33,373 nucleotides of DNA from IMG/VR virus record IMGVR_UViG_3300045988_023555, positions 1-33,373 of that record; one strand, written 5' to 3'. Below are positions 1-8,092 of the stretch, one piece after another. The position numbers and the translations under genes are program-made. The DNA is from a virus. The notes beneath the pieces are model-generated. The model was not told the origin of the DNA and did no database searches. It saw only the letters and a program-made list of their open reading frames with translations. Positions within the stretch are counted from its first letter, which is position 1, and each line of letters opens with the position of its first letter.

Positions 1-55
1 ACCAATTTCCATTGTCGCCAATGTGCGGGGTGACACCGTTCTCGCCACGAGACGG
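1..55. repeat. 55-bp terminal direct repeat, identical to 33319-33373; signature of a circular or circularly permuted contig
   Basis: Bases 1-55 (accaatttccattgtcgccaatgtgcggggtgacaccgttctcgccacgagacgg) match the last 55 bases of the window exactly. Confidence 0.9.
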
Positions 56-784
56 CTTGCCTGTATCAGTAGTGCCTAAATACCAGTTACCATTGGCGCC
101 AATAGTCGGAGTTATGCCGTTTACGCCGTCTTTGCCGTCTGCGCCTGTGTCGCCTTTAAGTCCCGGTGCGCCTGTCGCTCCTGTATCTCCCTTATCACCT
201 TTGAGCCCGACGTCCGACCCGTTATATTGAAGCTTGCCATTTGAATCGGAGAGCTTATCAAGCATATCTTTATTGTCGTGTGTGTGAGATTTAGGGACAA
301 GCTCGTCGAGTGCCGTCTTAACATTTTCGACATTCGGCAATGCGGCGTTGGTATAGCTGACATCTTCGGCGGTTGACGCTCCACCACCGATTCCTGCCGC
401 GTCATTTATTGCGTTGACAAGATTATCTTTGTGCTCGGTTTTAAGATTGCTTAAATTGCCTAACTGATTCTGCAAGTCCTGCCAAGTCTTTATTTCTGTA
501 GGAGTATACACATAGTCGGAGGGCTTGTTTCTCTTTGCAACTAAAAATATCTGCTCTTCTTTGGTGTATTCGCCGTTGCTGTCTTTAACCCAAGCCCACG
601 CCTTTAACGGTATCGCGCTCGTCAATAGCTGATTCGGTATCGTTGCCCTGCCGTCTTTGACATCTACGTCTATGCTTGTGCCGTAGTGGTGATTGGAAAA
701 ATGCACCTGTTCAGCGTCGCACTCAACCTGCCTGCCCATGTCCCACTGATATAGATGCCCTCTGCCGTCTGCAAGTTTAATCAT
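1..784 (-). CDS. Tail-fibre-like protein with collagen-like Gly-X-Y repeats, 5' part; the ORF continues across the circular junction to a stop at 33131
   Basis: ATG at 784-782 overlaps the portal stop by 8 nt. My translation reads MIKLADGRGHLYQWDMGRQ...GLKGDKGDTGATGAPGLKGDTGADGKDGVNGITPTIGANGNWYLGTTDTGKPSRGENGVTPHIGDNGNWY. It is missing from the ORF track because it runs off the window edge. The joined ORF is 972 nt (323 aa). Confidence 0.75.
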   Translation of the reverse strand, partial: MIKLADGRGHLYQWDMGRQVECDAEQVHFSNHHYGTSIDVDVKDGRATIPNQLLTSAIPLKAWAWVKDSNGEYTKEEQIFLVAKRNKPSDYVYTPTEIKTWQDLQNQLGNLSNLKTEHKDNLVNAINDAAGIGGGASTAEDVSYTNAALPNVENVKTALDELVPKSHTHDNKDMLDKLSDSNGKLQYNGSDVGLKGDKGDTGATGAPGLKGDTGADGKDGVNGITPTIGANGNWYLGTTDTGKPSRGENGVTPHIGDNGNW

Positions 785-2108
785 TGTCCATCACCTCCAA
801 CGGTTCAACTCGGTTTACTTCTTCTGCACGCTTATTCGCGATTATTTTGTCGACTCTATCGCCAAGCCCAAGGATGTTACAGACCTGTTCTGTTATCGTG
901 TCATCGTCAAGGTATTCAGCGGCGGACAAAAGCATTTCCATTTGCTCGTTTTTGTTCGACTGCTGAGAGCGGGTAAAAGAAGCTTCGTCCTCTATTCCTG
1001 CAATCTTGAGTATCGCCATAATAAACTCATTGACGCAGTACTCATAAGCGTCTACTTTATTGTTAAGCGTCTCATAAGCCGCGTTGATTTCCGTTGCGGT
1101 TTTATTGCCGCCCGAAAGCGAAGTGGGGTTGAAACACATAAAGTCCTGATAAAGTCTATCGTGTATTGTCTCAATCGACAGCTCCGACGCGCTGACGGGC
1201 ACTTCCACGCTGTGCGCCTCCGCCTTTGCTCCTGCGTCGCCGTCTGCGTGTACGATGTGACTTGATTTAATCTGCTCTATAAACTTTGCGTCGTCTATCT
1301 CGTCCATGCCGTTGCAGTTTGTCAAAACCCAGTAAATCAGATTTGCGTCCTCCACATTGTTGACAAGGTTAGAATTTAACAGGTCAAAAGCGTCCAGCGT
1401 TCCGCGTCTGCCGACAAGCTCCGACTGTTTTTTGTCATTTGCCCACATTGGCACAATCGGAAACTCAGGATAATTCTCGCCGTCATAGATATAGTCGCCA
1501 TCTGCTTCCGTGTGCGCTATCTGTATTTTGTACGGTCTTTTCGGGTTTAACACTCTTGCCGTCGAGTCTTTGATATAGTCCGTGTAGCCGTCCAGTTCAT
1601 AGAGCGTCGCTCTCAGCGGTTTATCATCTGCTATCTGCCAAAACCTTATACCGGCCATCAGCGCGCCGTTCTCTTCATCATAAAGTGGGACGAACTCAAG
1701 CAAAGAAAACGCGTCAATGTGGTCGAGGTTAAAAAAGCCGAAAGACACGCCGCCGCAGAGGGCATATATACCCAATTTCTGCAACTGTGTGTCGAAATTT
1801 TTGCCGAGCTTTTCTTTTGTGTCATCTTTGCCGAAGTTAGTGCCGTTTGACAGCAAAAACTGATTTTCCTGCGTTACCGCAAAGTAAAAAAAGTTCGTCG
1901 CTATCTTATGGTTCGCCGTCCACCTATCAATATGGGCTTTTCCCTGCATGTCATAAATGATTTTTTCGTACTTCATAATTGTCGGATTTTCGCCGCGCCA
2001 GTATGCGTCAGCGTCGAGCGCGATTCTGTAAGCCTTGCTTAACTTGTGCTCGTTTATTGCGTCCAGCACAAAAGATATTCGCGCGTTCTCGTTGCTTCCG
2101 ACTCCCAC
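777..2108 (-). CDS. Portal protein (SPP1 gp6-like)
   Basis: 443 aa, located just downstream of the large terminase. Size and sequence character fit SPP1-type portals. The start is GTG, with no in-frame start before an upstream TGA. Confidence 0.75.
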   Translation of the reverse strand: MGVGSNENARISFVLDAINEHKLSKAYRIALDADAYWRGENPTIMKYEKIIYDMQGKAHIDRWTANHKIATNFFYFAVTQENQFLLSNGTNFGKDDTKEKLGKNFDTQLQKLGIYALCGGVSFGFFNLDHIDAFSLLEFVPLYDEENGALMAGIRFWQIADDKPLRATLYELDGYTDYIKDSTARVLNPKRPYKIQIAHTEADGDYIYDGENYPEFPIVPMWANDKKQSELVGRRGTLDAFDLLNSNLVNNVEDANLIYWVLTNCNGMDEIDDAKFIEQIKSSHIVHADGDAGAKAEAHSVEVPVSASELSIETIHDRLYQDFMCFNPTSLSGGNKTATEINAAYETLNNKVDAYEYCVNEFIMAILKIAGIEDEASFTRSQQSNKNEQMEMLLSAAEYLDDDTITEQVCNILGLGDRVDKIIANKRAEEVNRVEPLEVMDND

Positions 2109-2135
2109 TAAATCCTGATAAGTCTTAATATTAAA

Positions 2136-2435
2136 TCACTCCTTGCCACAGTCTAAAATCATTCTAAACATTTGACGGTATGCCATTAGCTGACCTACGA
2201 CAATGTCGCGTTCCTTGTCACCGCCGACTCTTTTCAGCTCGTCAAGCAACTCGTTTCTTTTGTGCTCCAACAGTTCGACGCGCTCTGCAAGATGTCTGTT
2301 ATCGTCCTCAAGCTCTGCTTTGGTATTCTTCAATTCATTGTTTTCAGTGTTTAGCCATTCATTACACGCTACAAGGTATTTGTTCCTGTCCTCAAGGTCT
2401 GCTATTTCTTTTTCATAGCGTTCTGATTCCGTCAT
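2136..2435 (-). CDS. Hypothetical coiled-coil protein between terminase and portal
   Basis: 99-aa ORF with a GAGGT RBS before the ATG. The sequence is heptad-like and rich in E, L and N (ELEDDNRHLAERVELLEHKRNELLDEL). Confidence 0.5.
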   Translation of the reverse strand: MTESERYEKEIADLEDRNKYLVACNEWLNTENNELKNTKAELEDDNRHLAERVELLEHKRNELLDELKRVGGDKERDIVVGQLMAYRQMFRMILDCGKE

Positions 2436-2444
2436 TGTTCTACC

Positions 2445-3671
2445 TCACAATATTGATTGATATTCGGCGGTTTTTCCGCGCTTCTTGTTTATGACCGTTT
2501 GTATGCCATATCTTATTGAGTCGATATGGTGATTGTAACTATCTACAGGCTGATTGATGTATTCGCCCGTCTTTTTGTCTTTCTGCCAAGTGTAGTTTTC
2601 AAACTCTTCTATCGTCTTCGTGCAGCGTTCGTCAATGATGATGTTGCACCTTTGCAACCTGTCGATTCCGTTCTTTACGCTGTCCGCGCCTTTTACACTT
2701 GCTATGATTCTTTTTATCCCGAGGTTCCTTAGTTCTGTTATCGACTTCGGCTCTGCGCTATCTGCGACAATTCTTTCTTTGCTCAGTCCTAACGATACAA
2801 GCGTTTCGGCGATAACATCATTGGTCATTCCTATTTTATCATATTCTCCAGTGATATACAAGTCATTTTGAATAGGATTGTAATATCCCCATGTAATTGC
2901 CGTGGGGTCGTTTGTATATCCAAAGTCCATTCCAACCCAGAACCACGCGTCCGTCAGTTCGTCCTCGCTGATTATGCGCTTGTGGATAACCGGAAATACC
3001 AATTTGTCGAGCGTTGCGAATTCGCCGCGCACATATATTTTATAATAGGCAGGGTTTTTGTTTTCCAGCGCGTGAAGCGAATCGACGTACTCTTTTGGAA
3101 GGTGTGGATTATCTCTATATGTTGTTTGGACTATTACGCAGTTATCGGGCTTTGTTTCAAAAAAATACTTGTACACCCAGTTAGCCTTTGAAACAGGATT
3201 GAACATCAAGTGTATCTGATTGTTAGGCTTTTTTGACCTCAAACGTAGGTTCAACTGCGTAAAATCGTCAAGCGTTATTTCTGTTGCTTCTTCTATCACT
3301 ATGTCTGTTATTCCATTGATAGATTTGATTTTTTCGCTATCGTCCAAGCCTTTGAACAGCAAAACGCTTCCGTTTAAAAACTCTATTGTTAAATCTGATT
3401 TGTTGATTTGTTTAACTGTCGGAGTAAGCCCGCCTGTGTGTATGAGTTCCAGCGTCAACGACCACACGCTTTCCTTAAGCGTCGCTCCGACTTTTCGCAC
3501 AATCAAAACTTTTCTTTGACTGTCTAAAGCTTTCAAGATGATTTTTTGCATAACAAAATAGGACTTGCCTGAGCCTGCGCCGCCGTAAAAGGCATTGACT
3601 CGCGTCTCATAGTCTCTCATGTACGGCAAGTAGCACGGCAATATTCCTTTTTTGTTAATCGTTATTTTCAT
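2445..3671 (-). CDS. terL: Terminase large subunit (PBSX/Terminase_3-like)
   Basis: 408 aa with a Walker A motif (FYGGAGSGKSY) near the N-terminus and a C-terminal nuclease-like half. It sits upstream of the portal. Confidence 0.9.
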   Translation of the reverse strand: MKITINKKGILPCYLPYMRDYETRVNAFYGGAGSGKSYFVMQKIILKALDSQRKVLIVRKVGATLKESVWSLTLELIHTGGLTPTVKQINKSDLTIEFLNGSVLLFKGLDDSEKIKSINGITDIVIEEATEITLDDFTQLNLRLRSKKPNNQIHLMFNPVSKANWVYKYFFETKPDNCVIVQTTYRDNPHLPKEYVDSLHALENKNPAYYKIYVRGEFATLDKLVFPVIHKRIISEDELTDAWFWVGMDFGYTNDPTAITWGYYNPIQNDLYITGEYDKIGMTNDVIAETLVSLGLSKERIVADSAEPKSITELRNLGIKRIIASVKGADSVKNGIDRLQRCNIIIDERCTKTIEEFENYTWQKDKKTGEYINQPVDSYNHHIDSIRYGIQTVINKKRGKTAEYQSIL

Positions 3672-3990
3672 CTTCCCAGTCCACTTTTATCTCCGTGACC
3701 TGCTCCACTTTATCCACGGGCTTTTCGCCTGCTGTGTCGCGTATTACTTCAAAGATTCGCGGGTCTCCCGTTTTCATAAACTTGCTCCATAGCGCAACAG
3801 CAGCAACTTCACTTCCAGTTCTCGTCACTCCGTGTTTGTCGGTGATTTCGCTCGCTAAAAGTTCATTAAGGCAGTCTTTTAAAAGCTTCTTTTTGCGTTT
3901 CGCTTTCCCCGACGCTTTTCCTCCGTTGTGTCCGCACTCTTTAGCCGTTTCCTTCGTGAACGGTCTGCCCTCCGGCATTTTTTTTGCCAT
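3655..3990 (-). CDS. Putative terminase small subunit
   Basis: The ATG at 3990 is preceded by GAGGTGATAAT, so the track start at 4005 is less likely. The N-terminus is basic (GKASGKAKRKKK). It overlaps the terL start by 17 nt. The call rests mainly on position. Confidence 0.5.
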   Translation of the reverse strand: MAKKMPEGRPFTKETAKECGHNGGKASGKAKRKKKLLKDCLNELLASEITDKHGVTRTGSEVAAVALWSKFMKTGDPRIFEVIRDTAGEKPVDKVEQVTEIKVDWEDENND

Positions 3991-4046
3991 ATTATCACCT
4001 CGCAAGGCTTATTTTAGCACATATTTCAAGTGCCTTTGCTATTTTT

Positions 4047-4166
4047 CTAAGCATTTGCTCTCCTTTTGCTTTTCTTTTCTTGTCGCGCAATGAATTTTTC
4101 AAGGTCTCTTTTCAAGTATGGGCTTTTAGTCTTTTCTATAGCCGCTTTTGCTTCTTCAATCGTCAT
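4047..4166 (-). CDS. Small ORF (39 aa) coupled to the methyltransferase stop
   Basis: The start forms an ATGA overlap with the MTase stop codon. Translation: MTIEEAKAAIEKTKSPYLKRDLEKFIARQEKKSKRRANA. It is below the ORF-track size cutoff. Confidence 0.3.
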   Translation of the reverse strand: MTIEEAKAAIEKTKSPYLKRDLEKFIARQEKKSKRRANA

Positions 4167-5295
4167 TCAACAGCACCGCCTTTTTTCCCGTTAAGTTTTC
4201 CCACCGCTTTACAATCACGTCACAATACCTCGGGTCAAGTTCCATCATATAGCAAGTGCGACCTAACTGTTCACAAGCGATAAGGGTTGACCCGCTACCT
4301 CCGAACAAATCCAAAATGTTGTTTTTCCCATAAAGCTGAATATACTTTGCACATAGTTCCACGGGCTTTGAATAACTCAACTCGTTATCATTGTCTTTCT
4401 TGCCAATATAACACTTTGAGTATGTTTCTTTCGGCAATCCCTTATTTGGGTCTTGTTTCCCAATGATTGCAATATATTCGCAGTCTGTCATCATGTGCCC
4501 TTTGTAATTAGGAACAGTGCAAAGTTTCTTGTAAAAACACAAATCATAGGGCTGATTGTTTGTTTCTGCAAGTTCGATGTATTTCTTGATTAAAGGCTTG
4601 TTATGGCAATAAATATTTGTTTTGCTTTGAAGGATAAGCATGGACGGGTCAAATGTATCAACTCCATTTTGCTTGATTTGTTTCATGCTGTTTGCCCTTT
4701 TGAGTATTCCACCACCCTGTGTTTCCAACTGATACGGAGGATCGGTAAATGTCAATTCGCATTTAGCCCCACCAAGCAAATTATCAATATCAGCCTGTGC
4801 AAGAGAATTTCCGCACATCAGCCTGTGTCTGCCTAACTTCCAAATATCGCCCAGCTTTGAAATCGGCTCTGCATCTTCGTCAACTTTGGGTGCTTCATCT
4901 TCCACAATCTCGGTTTCTTCTTCCTCGTCCTCAATGCCAAAATCAAAGTCAAAATCAAAATCACTTAAATCGTTTTCGGGCAGTTCCGCGCTCAACAGGT
5001 CGAAGTCCCACGGACTTTCATTTGTTTTGTTGTCAACAATTCTCAGCGCGTTTATTTCGTCTTCCGTCAGGTCGCTAACCACTACGCAAGGCACTTCTTC
5101 TATTCCCAGCTTCTCGGCGGCAAGAGCGCGACAGTGACCTATAACGATTGTCCCGTCGTCGTCTATGACGAGTGGCTGAACCCAGCCGTATTTCTTGATG
5201 CTTTCCGCGACATTTTTAATCTGTGTTTCGTCGTGCTTCTTTGTGTTGTTCGCATACGGCACAATGTCCGCAAGCTTTTTCTGTACTATCTGCAT
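4156..5295 (-). CDS. ParB-like nuclease domain fused to an N6/N4 DNA methyltransferase
   Basis: The N-terminus is ParB-N-like (IVPYANNTKKHDETQI...GHCRALAA). An acidic linker with DFDFDFDF follows. The MTase half has the DPPY motif (TFTDPPYQ) and then the SAM-binding motif DLFGGSGSTLIA. Confidence 0.85.
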   Translation of the reverse strand: MQIVQKKLADIVPYANNTKKHDETQIKNVAESIKKYGWVQPLVIDDDGTIVIGHCRALAAEKLGIEEVPCVVVSDLTEDEINALRIVDNKTNESPWDFDLLSAELPENDLSDFDFDFDFGIEDEEEETEIVEDEAPKVDEDAEPISKLGDIWKLGRHRLMCGNSLAQADIDNLLGGAKCELTFTDPPYQLETQGGGILKRANSMKQIKQNGVDTFDPSMLILQSKTNIYCHNKPLIKKYIELAETNNQPYDLCFYKKLCTVPNYKGHMMTDCEYIAIIGKQDPNKGLPKETYSKCYIGKKDNDNELSYSKPVELCAKYIQLYGKNNILDLFGGSGSTLIACEQLGRTCYMMELDPRYCDVIVKRWENLTGKKAVLLNDD

Positions 5296-5307
5296 AATAT
5301 CCCTCCT

Positions 5308-5706
5308 TTAGGGTTTAATATCCACATCGACAGGAAATTCAGTGTGAAATTCTACGACATAGTGATATGGGTCGGCATGTGTGCCCGTTATATCTTCAAC
5401 AACATAAAGCGTGTAATCGTTAAGATAAATATAGTTCTTTTTGTATTCGTTCGGAGCTACTTTGCAAGTCACAACAAGTTCATCGGTTTCGTTGTTGCTT
5501 ATGCTCATATAGCCCTCGGCGTACATCACTATTTTGTCAGTACGCGCATTGTAAACAGTAATTCGCCTTTCGCAATTAAAGTTGTCAGCAGCAAGGCTCA
5601 TATTGTGATTGACCTTGTCGGCTTCTCTACAGCCCGTAAATCCATTTGTGATAAACACAATAATTAATATCGATGCTATTGTAACAGCGGCAATTCTTTT
5701 AGCCAT
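5308..5706 (-). CDS. Putative lipoprotein
   Basis: The N-terminus MAKRIAAVTIASILIIVFITNGFTGC has a signal-peptide-like hydrophobic stretch ending in a lipobox-like FTGC. An AAGGAG RBS precedes the start, and the gene has its own promoter. Confidence 0.6.
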   Translation of the reverse strand: MAKRIAAVTIASILIIVFITNGFTGCREADKVNHNMSLAADNFNCERRITVYNARTDKIVMYAEGYMSISNNETDELVVTCKVAPNEYKKNYIYLNDYTLYVVEDITGTHADPYHYVVEFHTEFPVDVDIKP

Positions 5707-5728
5707 TTGTAAATCTCCTTTTTATAAT

Positions 5729-5757
5729 ATTATATCATACCCGGCAATAAAAATCAA
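5729..5757 (-). promoter_or_regulatory. Sigma-A-type promoter, TTGATT-17-TATAAT
   Basis: On the minus strand TTGATT (5757-5752) is followed by a 17-nt spacer and TATAAT (5734-5729). This lies about 25 nt upstream of the lipoprotein start. Confidence 0.5.
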
Positions 5758-6128
5758 TCGTTTCCGAACATCTGTTCAAATGTTCCGCCAGTCACGGCAA
5801 GTATTTTTTTTATCTCGGTTATCGATAACCGTGTTTTGCCTTTAAGTTTGTTTTTGAAGTGTTCAGATCGTCTGCTTCCTGTGTCTAACCCTATTCTGCG
5901 CATCAGCTCAGGCACTGATACTCTGTTTTCAAGCATCCAATTTTTCAAGTTTGTGTAAACTATGCCGTCAAGGTCTTCTTTGTGACATGCCCAAGCTGTC
6001 TGTTCGGGATTCATTCCTGCACAGCACTTCGCGATTCTCTGTTTTGACACTCCAAGCCTTTTGCCTATTTCTGCGAATGTTAAGCCCTGCATTCTTAGCT
6101 CACGCGCCGCGTCTCTTGTTTCGTACAT
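5754..6128 (-). CDS. Helix-turn-helix DNA-binding protein
   Basis: The ATG at 6128 is preceded by GGAGGAATAAAA. The segment LTFAEIGKRLGVSKQRIAK is HTH-like, and a second HTH-like segment is VSVPELMRRIGLD. Confidence 0.55.
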   Translation of the reverse strand: MYETRDAARELRMQGLTFAEIGKRLGVSKQRIAKCCAGMNPEQTAWACHKEDLDGIVYTNLKNWMLENRVSVPELMRRIGLDTGSRRSEHFKNKLKGKTRLSITEIKKILAVTGGTFEQMFGND

Positions 6129-6130
6129 TT

Positions 6131-6505
6131 TTATTCCTCCATTGGCTTGTTCCAGCAATTCTCACAAGCTCCCGTGTAATCGCACTCCTTACTTTTTGGC
6201 TGGAATCCGTCGTAAATTCTTTTTCTGCATACAAACAACGGTGTTCCGTCTAAATTGCTCTGCGCTTTTGGAAACTTCTCAAAGAAGTCCTGCGCGTATG
6301 TTTTCTTCGGGTGTTCGTTGCTCCATTTTTGCACAGTTTCGATTGCCGTTTCAACATCTTCGGCGCAAATCCTTGTGAGCGCGTCCTCGCAAACCCCAAA
6401 CATCGGGCATCGCTCTTTATTAGCTGCATTAGCCACGCACCCATCACGTGAGTCACAAAGTCTTTTGAGTTCGTGCAAAAAGTTTATCGTTTTGTTGCAA
6501 TCCAT
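6131..6505 (-). CDS. Hypothetical Cys-rich protein
   Basis: 124-aa ORF with an AAAGGAG RBS 8 nt before the ATG. I recognise no family. Confidence 0.5.
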   Translation of the reverse strand: MDCNKTINFLHELKRLCDSRDGCVANAANKERCPMFGVCEDALTRICAEDVETAIETVQKWSNEHPKKTYAQDFFEKFPKAQSNLDGTPLFVCRKRIYDGFQPKSKECDYTGACENCWNKPMEE

Positions 6506-6774
6506 TTTTAAAGCTCCTTTACTGTTACTGAAGTTTTATAATCGAACCGCCCATATAAGCGGTATTTGTAAAACTAAGGAAACGTCGTATCGCTTCCTAT
6601 ACAAAGGCGAATGAGCCTTTTGATAACCTAAGTTGCTCGGATTTGATATCGCTGGGACACATCATAGAGAGGTGCGGATAGTCTGACGTACCGAGCTTGT
6701 AGCGTAACCTACACGCCCCCGCTGCGCACACGGGCTTTTAAAGTGAAACAAAGGGCTCAAACCTTCGGTGACAG
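6506..6774 (-). other. 269-nt ORF-free, hairpin-rich spacer inside the early operon; possible structured RNA or cis element
   Basis: No ORF with an RBS on either strand. On the minus strand several stems are visible: AAAGGC-tcattc-GCCTTT, GGAA-gcgatacgacgt-TTCC, CCGC-ttatatgg-GCGG, and a longer-range CTCGG...CCGAG. Confidence 0.3.
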
Positions 6775-7245
6775 TCACAGAATCAACTCTATTTCTGTTC
6801 GCGAGTTTTCTTTGTCATAGCCCCCACAGAGCTGAAGCTCGACGTTTTTAAAGCTGTCATCTTCAATTATCCCCGCTTCCCGCAAGCCGTCGAGGATAAA
6901 CTTGCCATTATAGTTGTCCGGGTCGTGCCGTTGCCTTGTGTGAAAATAGTATGTAATTCTGACAACACACTTTTTAATCGGCTCGGGCGGCTTGGGTCGG
7001 CAGTACGCCGCGCAAAGAGCTTGCCACTGCTTTTTGTCCGCTCTGTACGCCCATACATTCTCGCGCCCCGCAAACTTGTTTAACGACGGCGGGATATCTG
7101 GGATAGTGTAGATGTATCTTTTGCGTTCGCATTGCGGGCATATCTGTTGACCTTCGGGGACTATCTCTCCGCAACAAACACATCTGTCTGCGTCAGCCAT
7201 TGCATTACTCCAATCCAACGCCCTAATAATCTTGTTATTTATCAT
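6775..7245 (-). CDS. rusA: RusA-family Holliday junction resolvase with an N-terminal zinc ribbon
   Basis: IPPSLNKFAGRENVWAY...RHDPDNYNGKFILDGLREAGIIEDDS matches the RusA core pattern. The zinc-ribbon part is CVCCGEIVPEGQQICPQC. An alternative start at 7200 (MADADRC) also has a GGAG RBS. Confidence 0.8.
   Translation of the reverse strand: MINNKIIRALDWSNAMADADRCVCCGEIVPEGQQICPQCERKRYIYTIPDIPPSLNKFAGRENVWAYRADKKQWQALCAAYCRPKPPEPIKKCVVRITYYFHTRQRHDPDNYNGKFILDGLREAGIIEDDSFKNVELQLCGGYDKENSRTEIELIL
7155..7202. repeat. 48-bp imperfect direct repeat, copy A (5' end of rusA)
   Basis: cggggactatctctccgcaacaaacacatctgtctgcgtcagccattg differs from copy B (7749-7796) at 5 positions. Confidence 0.85.
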
Positions 7246-7700
7246 TCTTGTTCACTCCTTTTATGTCTTTTTTTATGACAATTTCTACATAATGTAATAA
7301 GGTTTTCAGGTTCATCGCCGCCGCCATTACACACAAATTTAATGTGGTGAACATTAAGGTTTCCGTTGTCTATCGGTATGTAAATTCCATGTTCATTTTT
7401 GAAAGCATTAAACTCTCCGCAGTCTTGACACGTGAAATTATCCCTATAAAGTATGCGCAATGAATAGCTGTCACGCCCTCGGTTCCATACAGTCATATTG
7501 TTAAACGCTCTGCTACATTCGTCAGAACAAAAGGAAGTTCTTCTTCCACTTAATTCTTTACCGCACCATTGACAATGTTTTGGCTTGACATATTGCGGTT
7601 TTGGGTAAAAAACTCTCTCGCCCCATCGTTTGCACGCTTCCGATATTGGTGGAAACGGTCGCCTTGTTCCGTTTCTTTCCCAATATTTAAGAAATTTCAT
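7242..7700 (-). CDS. HNH endonuclease (free-standing, zinc-finger rich)
   Basis: HNH motif: LNVHHIKFVCNGGGDEPENLITLCRNCHKKRH. Upstream CxxC pairs are also present. Confidence 0.8.
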   Translation of the reverse strand: MKFLKYWERNGTRRPFPPISEACKRWGERVFYPKPQYVKPKHCQWCGKELSGRRTSFCSDECSRAFNNMTVWNRGRDSYSLRILYRDNFTCQDCGEFNAFKNEHGIYIPIDNGNLNVHHIKFVCNGGGDEPENLITLCRNCHKKRHKRSEQE

Positions 7701-7743
7701 TCCTTGTCACCGTCCTTTTTTTGCTTTTTGAGAGCTTCTCTGA

Positions 7744-7794
7744 TTAATCGGGGACTATCTCTCCGCAGCATACACATCTATCTGCATTAGCCAT
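7744..7794 (-). pseudogene. Duplicated 5' remnant of rusA (16 codons, then stop)
   Basis: Encodes MANADRCVCCGEIVPD*, against MADADRCVCCGEIVPEG at the intact rusA. It lies within repeat copy B. Confidence 0.6.
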
Positions 7795-7796
7795 TG
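7749..7796. repeat. 48-bp imperfect direct repeat, copy B
   Basis: cggggactatctctccgcagcatacacatctatctgcattagccattg pairs with 7155-7202. The two copies flank the HNH gene. Confidence 0.85.
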
Positions 7797-8062
7797 TCTT
7801 TTACCTCTTGTCTAAACGGATTCATAAATGCATCAAATGCTTTTAGGCATTCGGGGCAAAAGTCTAAGGTTGCTATGTCCTTTATTCTTTTACCGATAGG
7901 GCTATTTTTGCAAAGCACAATAGCATTAGCTCCGTTGCACACCAAGCTGTCGTTATGTTTGTCTTCGATAAACTCACTCTTAATATGCTCATTCTCGGTA
8001 CTGGACGCGAGATACCACACGTAAAACTTTCCGCACCTATCACATCTTTTAGCAAGTGCCAT
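7787..8062 (-). CDS. Hypothetical zinc-ribbon protein
   Basis: The ATG at 8062 lies 9 nt after GAGG; the track start at 8071 abuts the RBS directly. CxxC pairs: CDRCGKF and CPECLKAF. Confidence 0.5.
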   Translation of the reverse strand: MALAKRCDRCGKFYVWYLASSTENEHIKSEFIEDKHNDSLVCNGANAIVLCKNSPIGKRIKDIATLDFCPECLKAFDAFMNPFRQEVKDNG

Positions 8063-8092
8063 TGTTATCATCCTCGCTTTCGAACCATTTCA

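Noticed and set aside
12-230. 72-aa plus-strand Pro/Ser/Val-rich ORF (also the minus-strand ORF at 121-405)
   Set aside because: The plus-strand ORF is the antisense reading of the collagen-like Gly-X-Y repeat in the fibre gene. 121-405 is an out-of-frame ORF within that same gene. Neither has an RBS.
4935-4965. Short imperfect repeat (aaaatcaaagtcaaaatcaaaatc)
   Set aside because: It simply encodes the DFDFDFDF acidic linker of the ParB-methyltransferase fusion. I noted it under the MTase finding, and it is not an independent element.
6542-6548. GGTTCGA (T-loop-like) on the minus strand, a possible tRNA or tmRNA
   Set aside because: The flanking bases cannot form a T-stem (GGCGG against ATAAA). 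There is no acceptor stem and no CCA-proximal complement to the GGGGGCG found upstream. I could not draw a cloverleaf.
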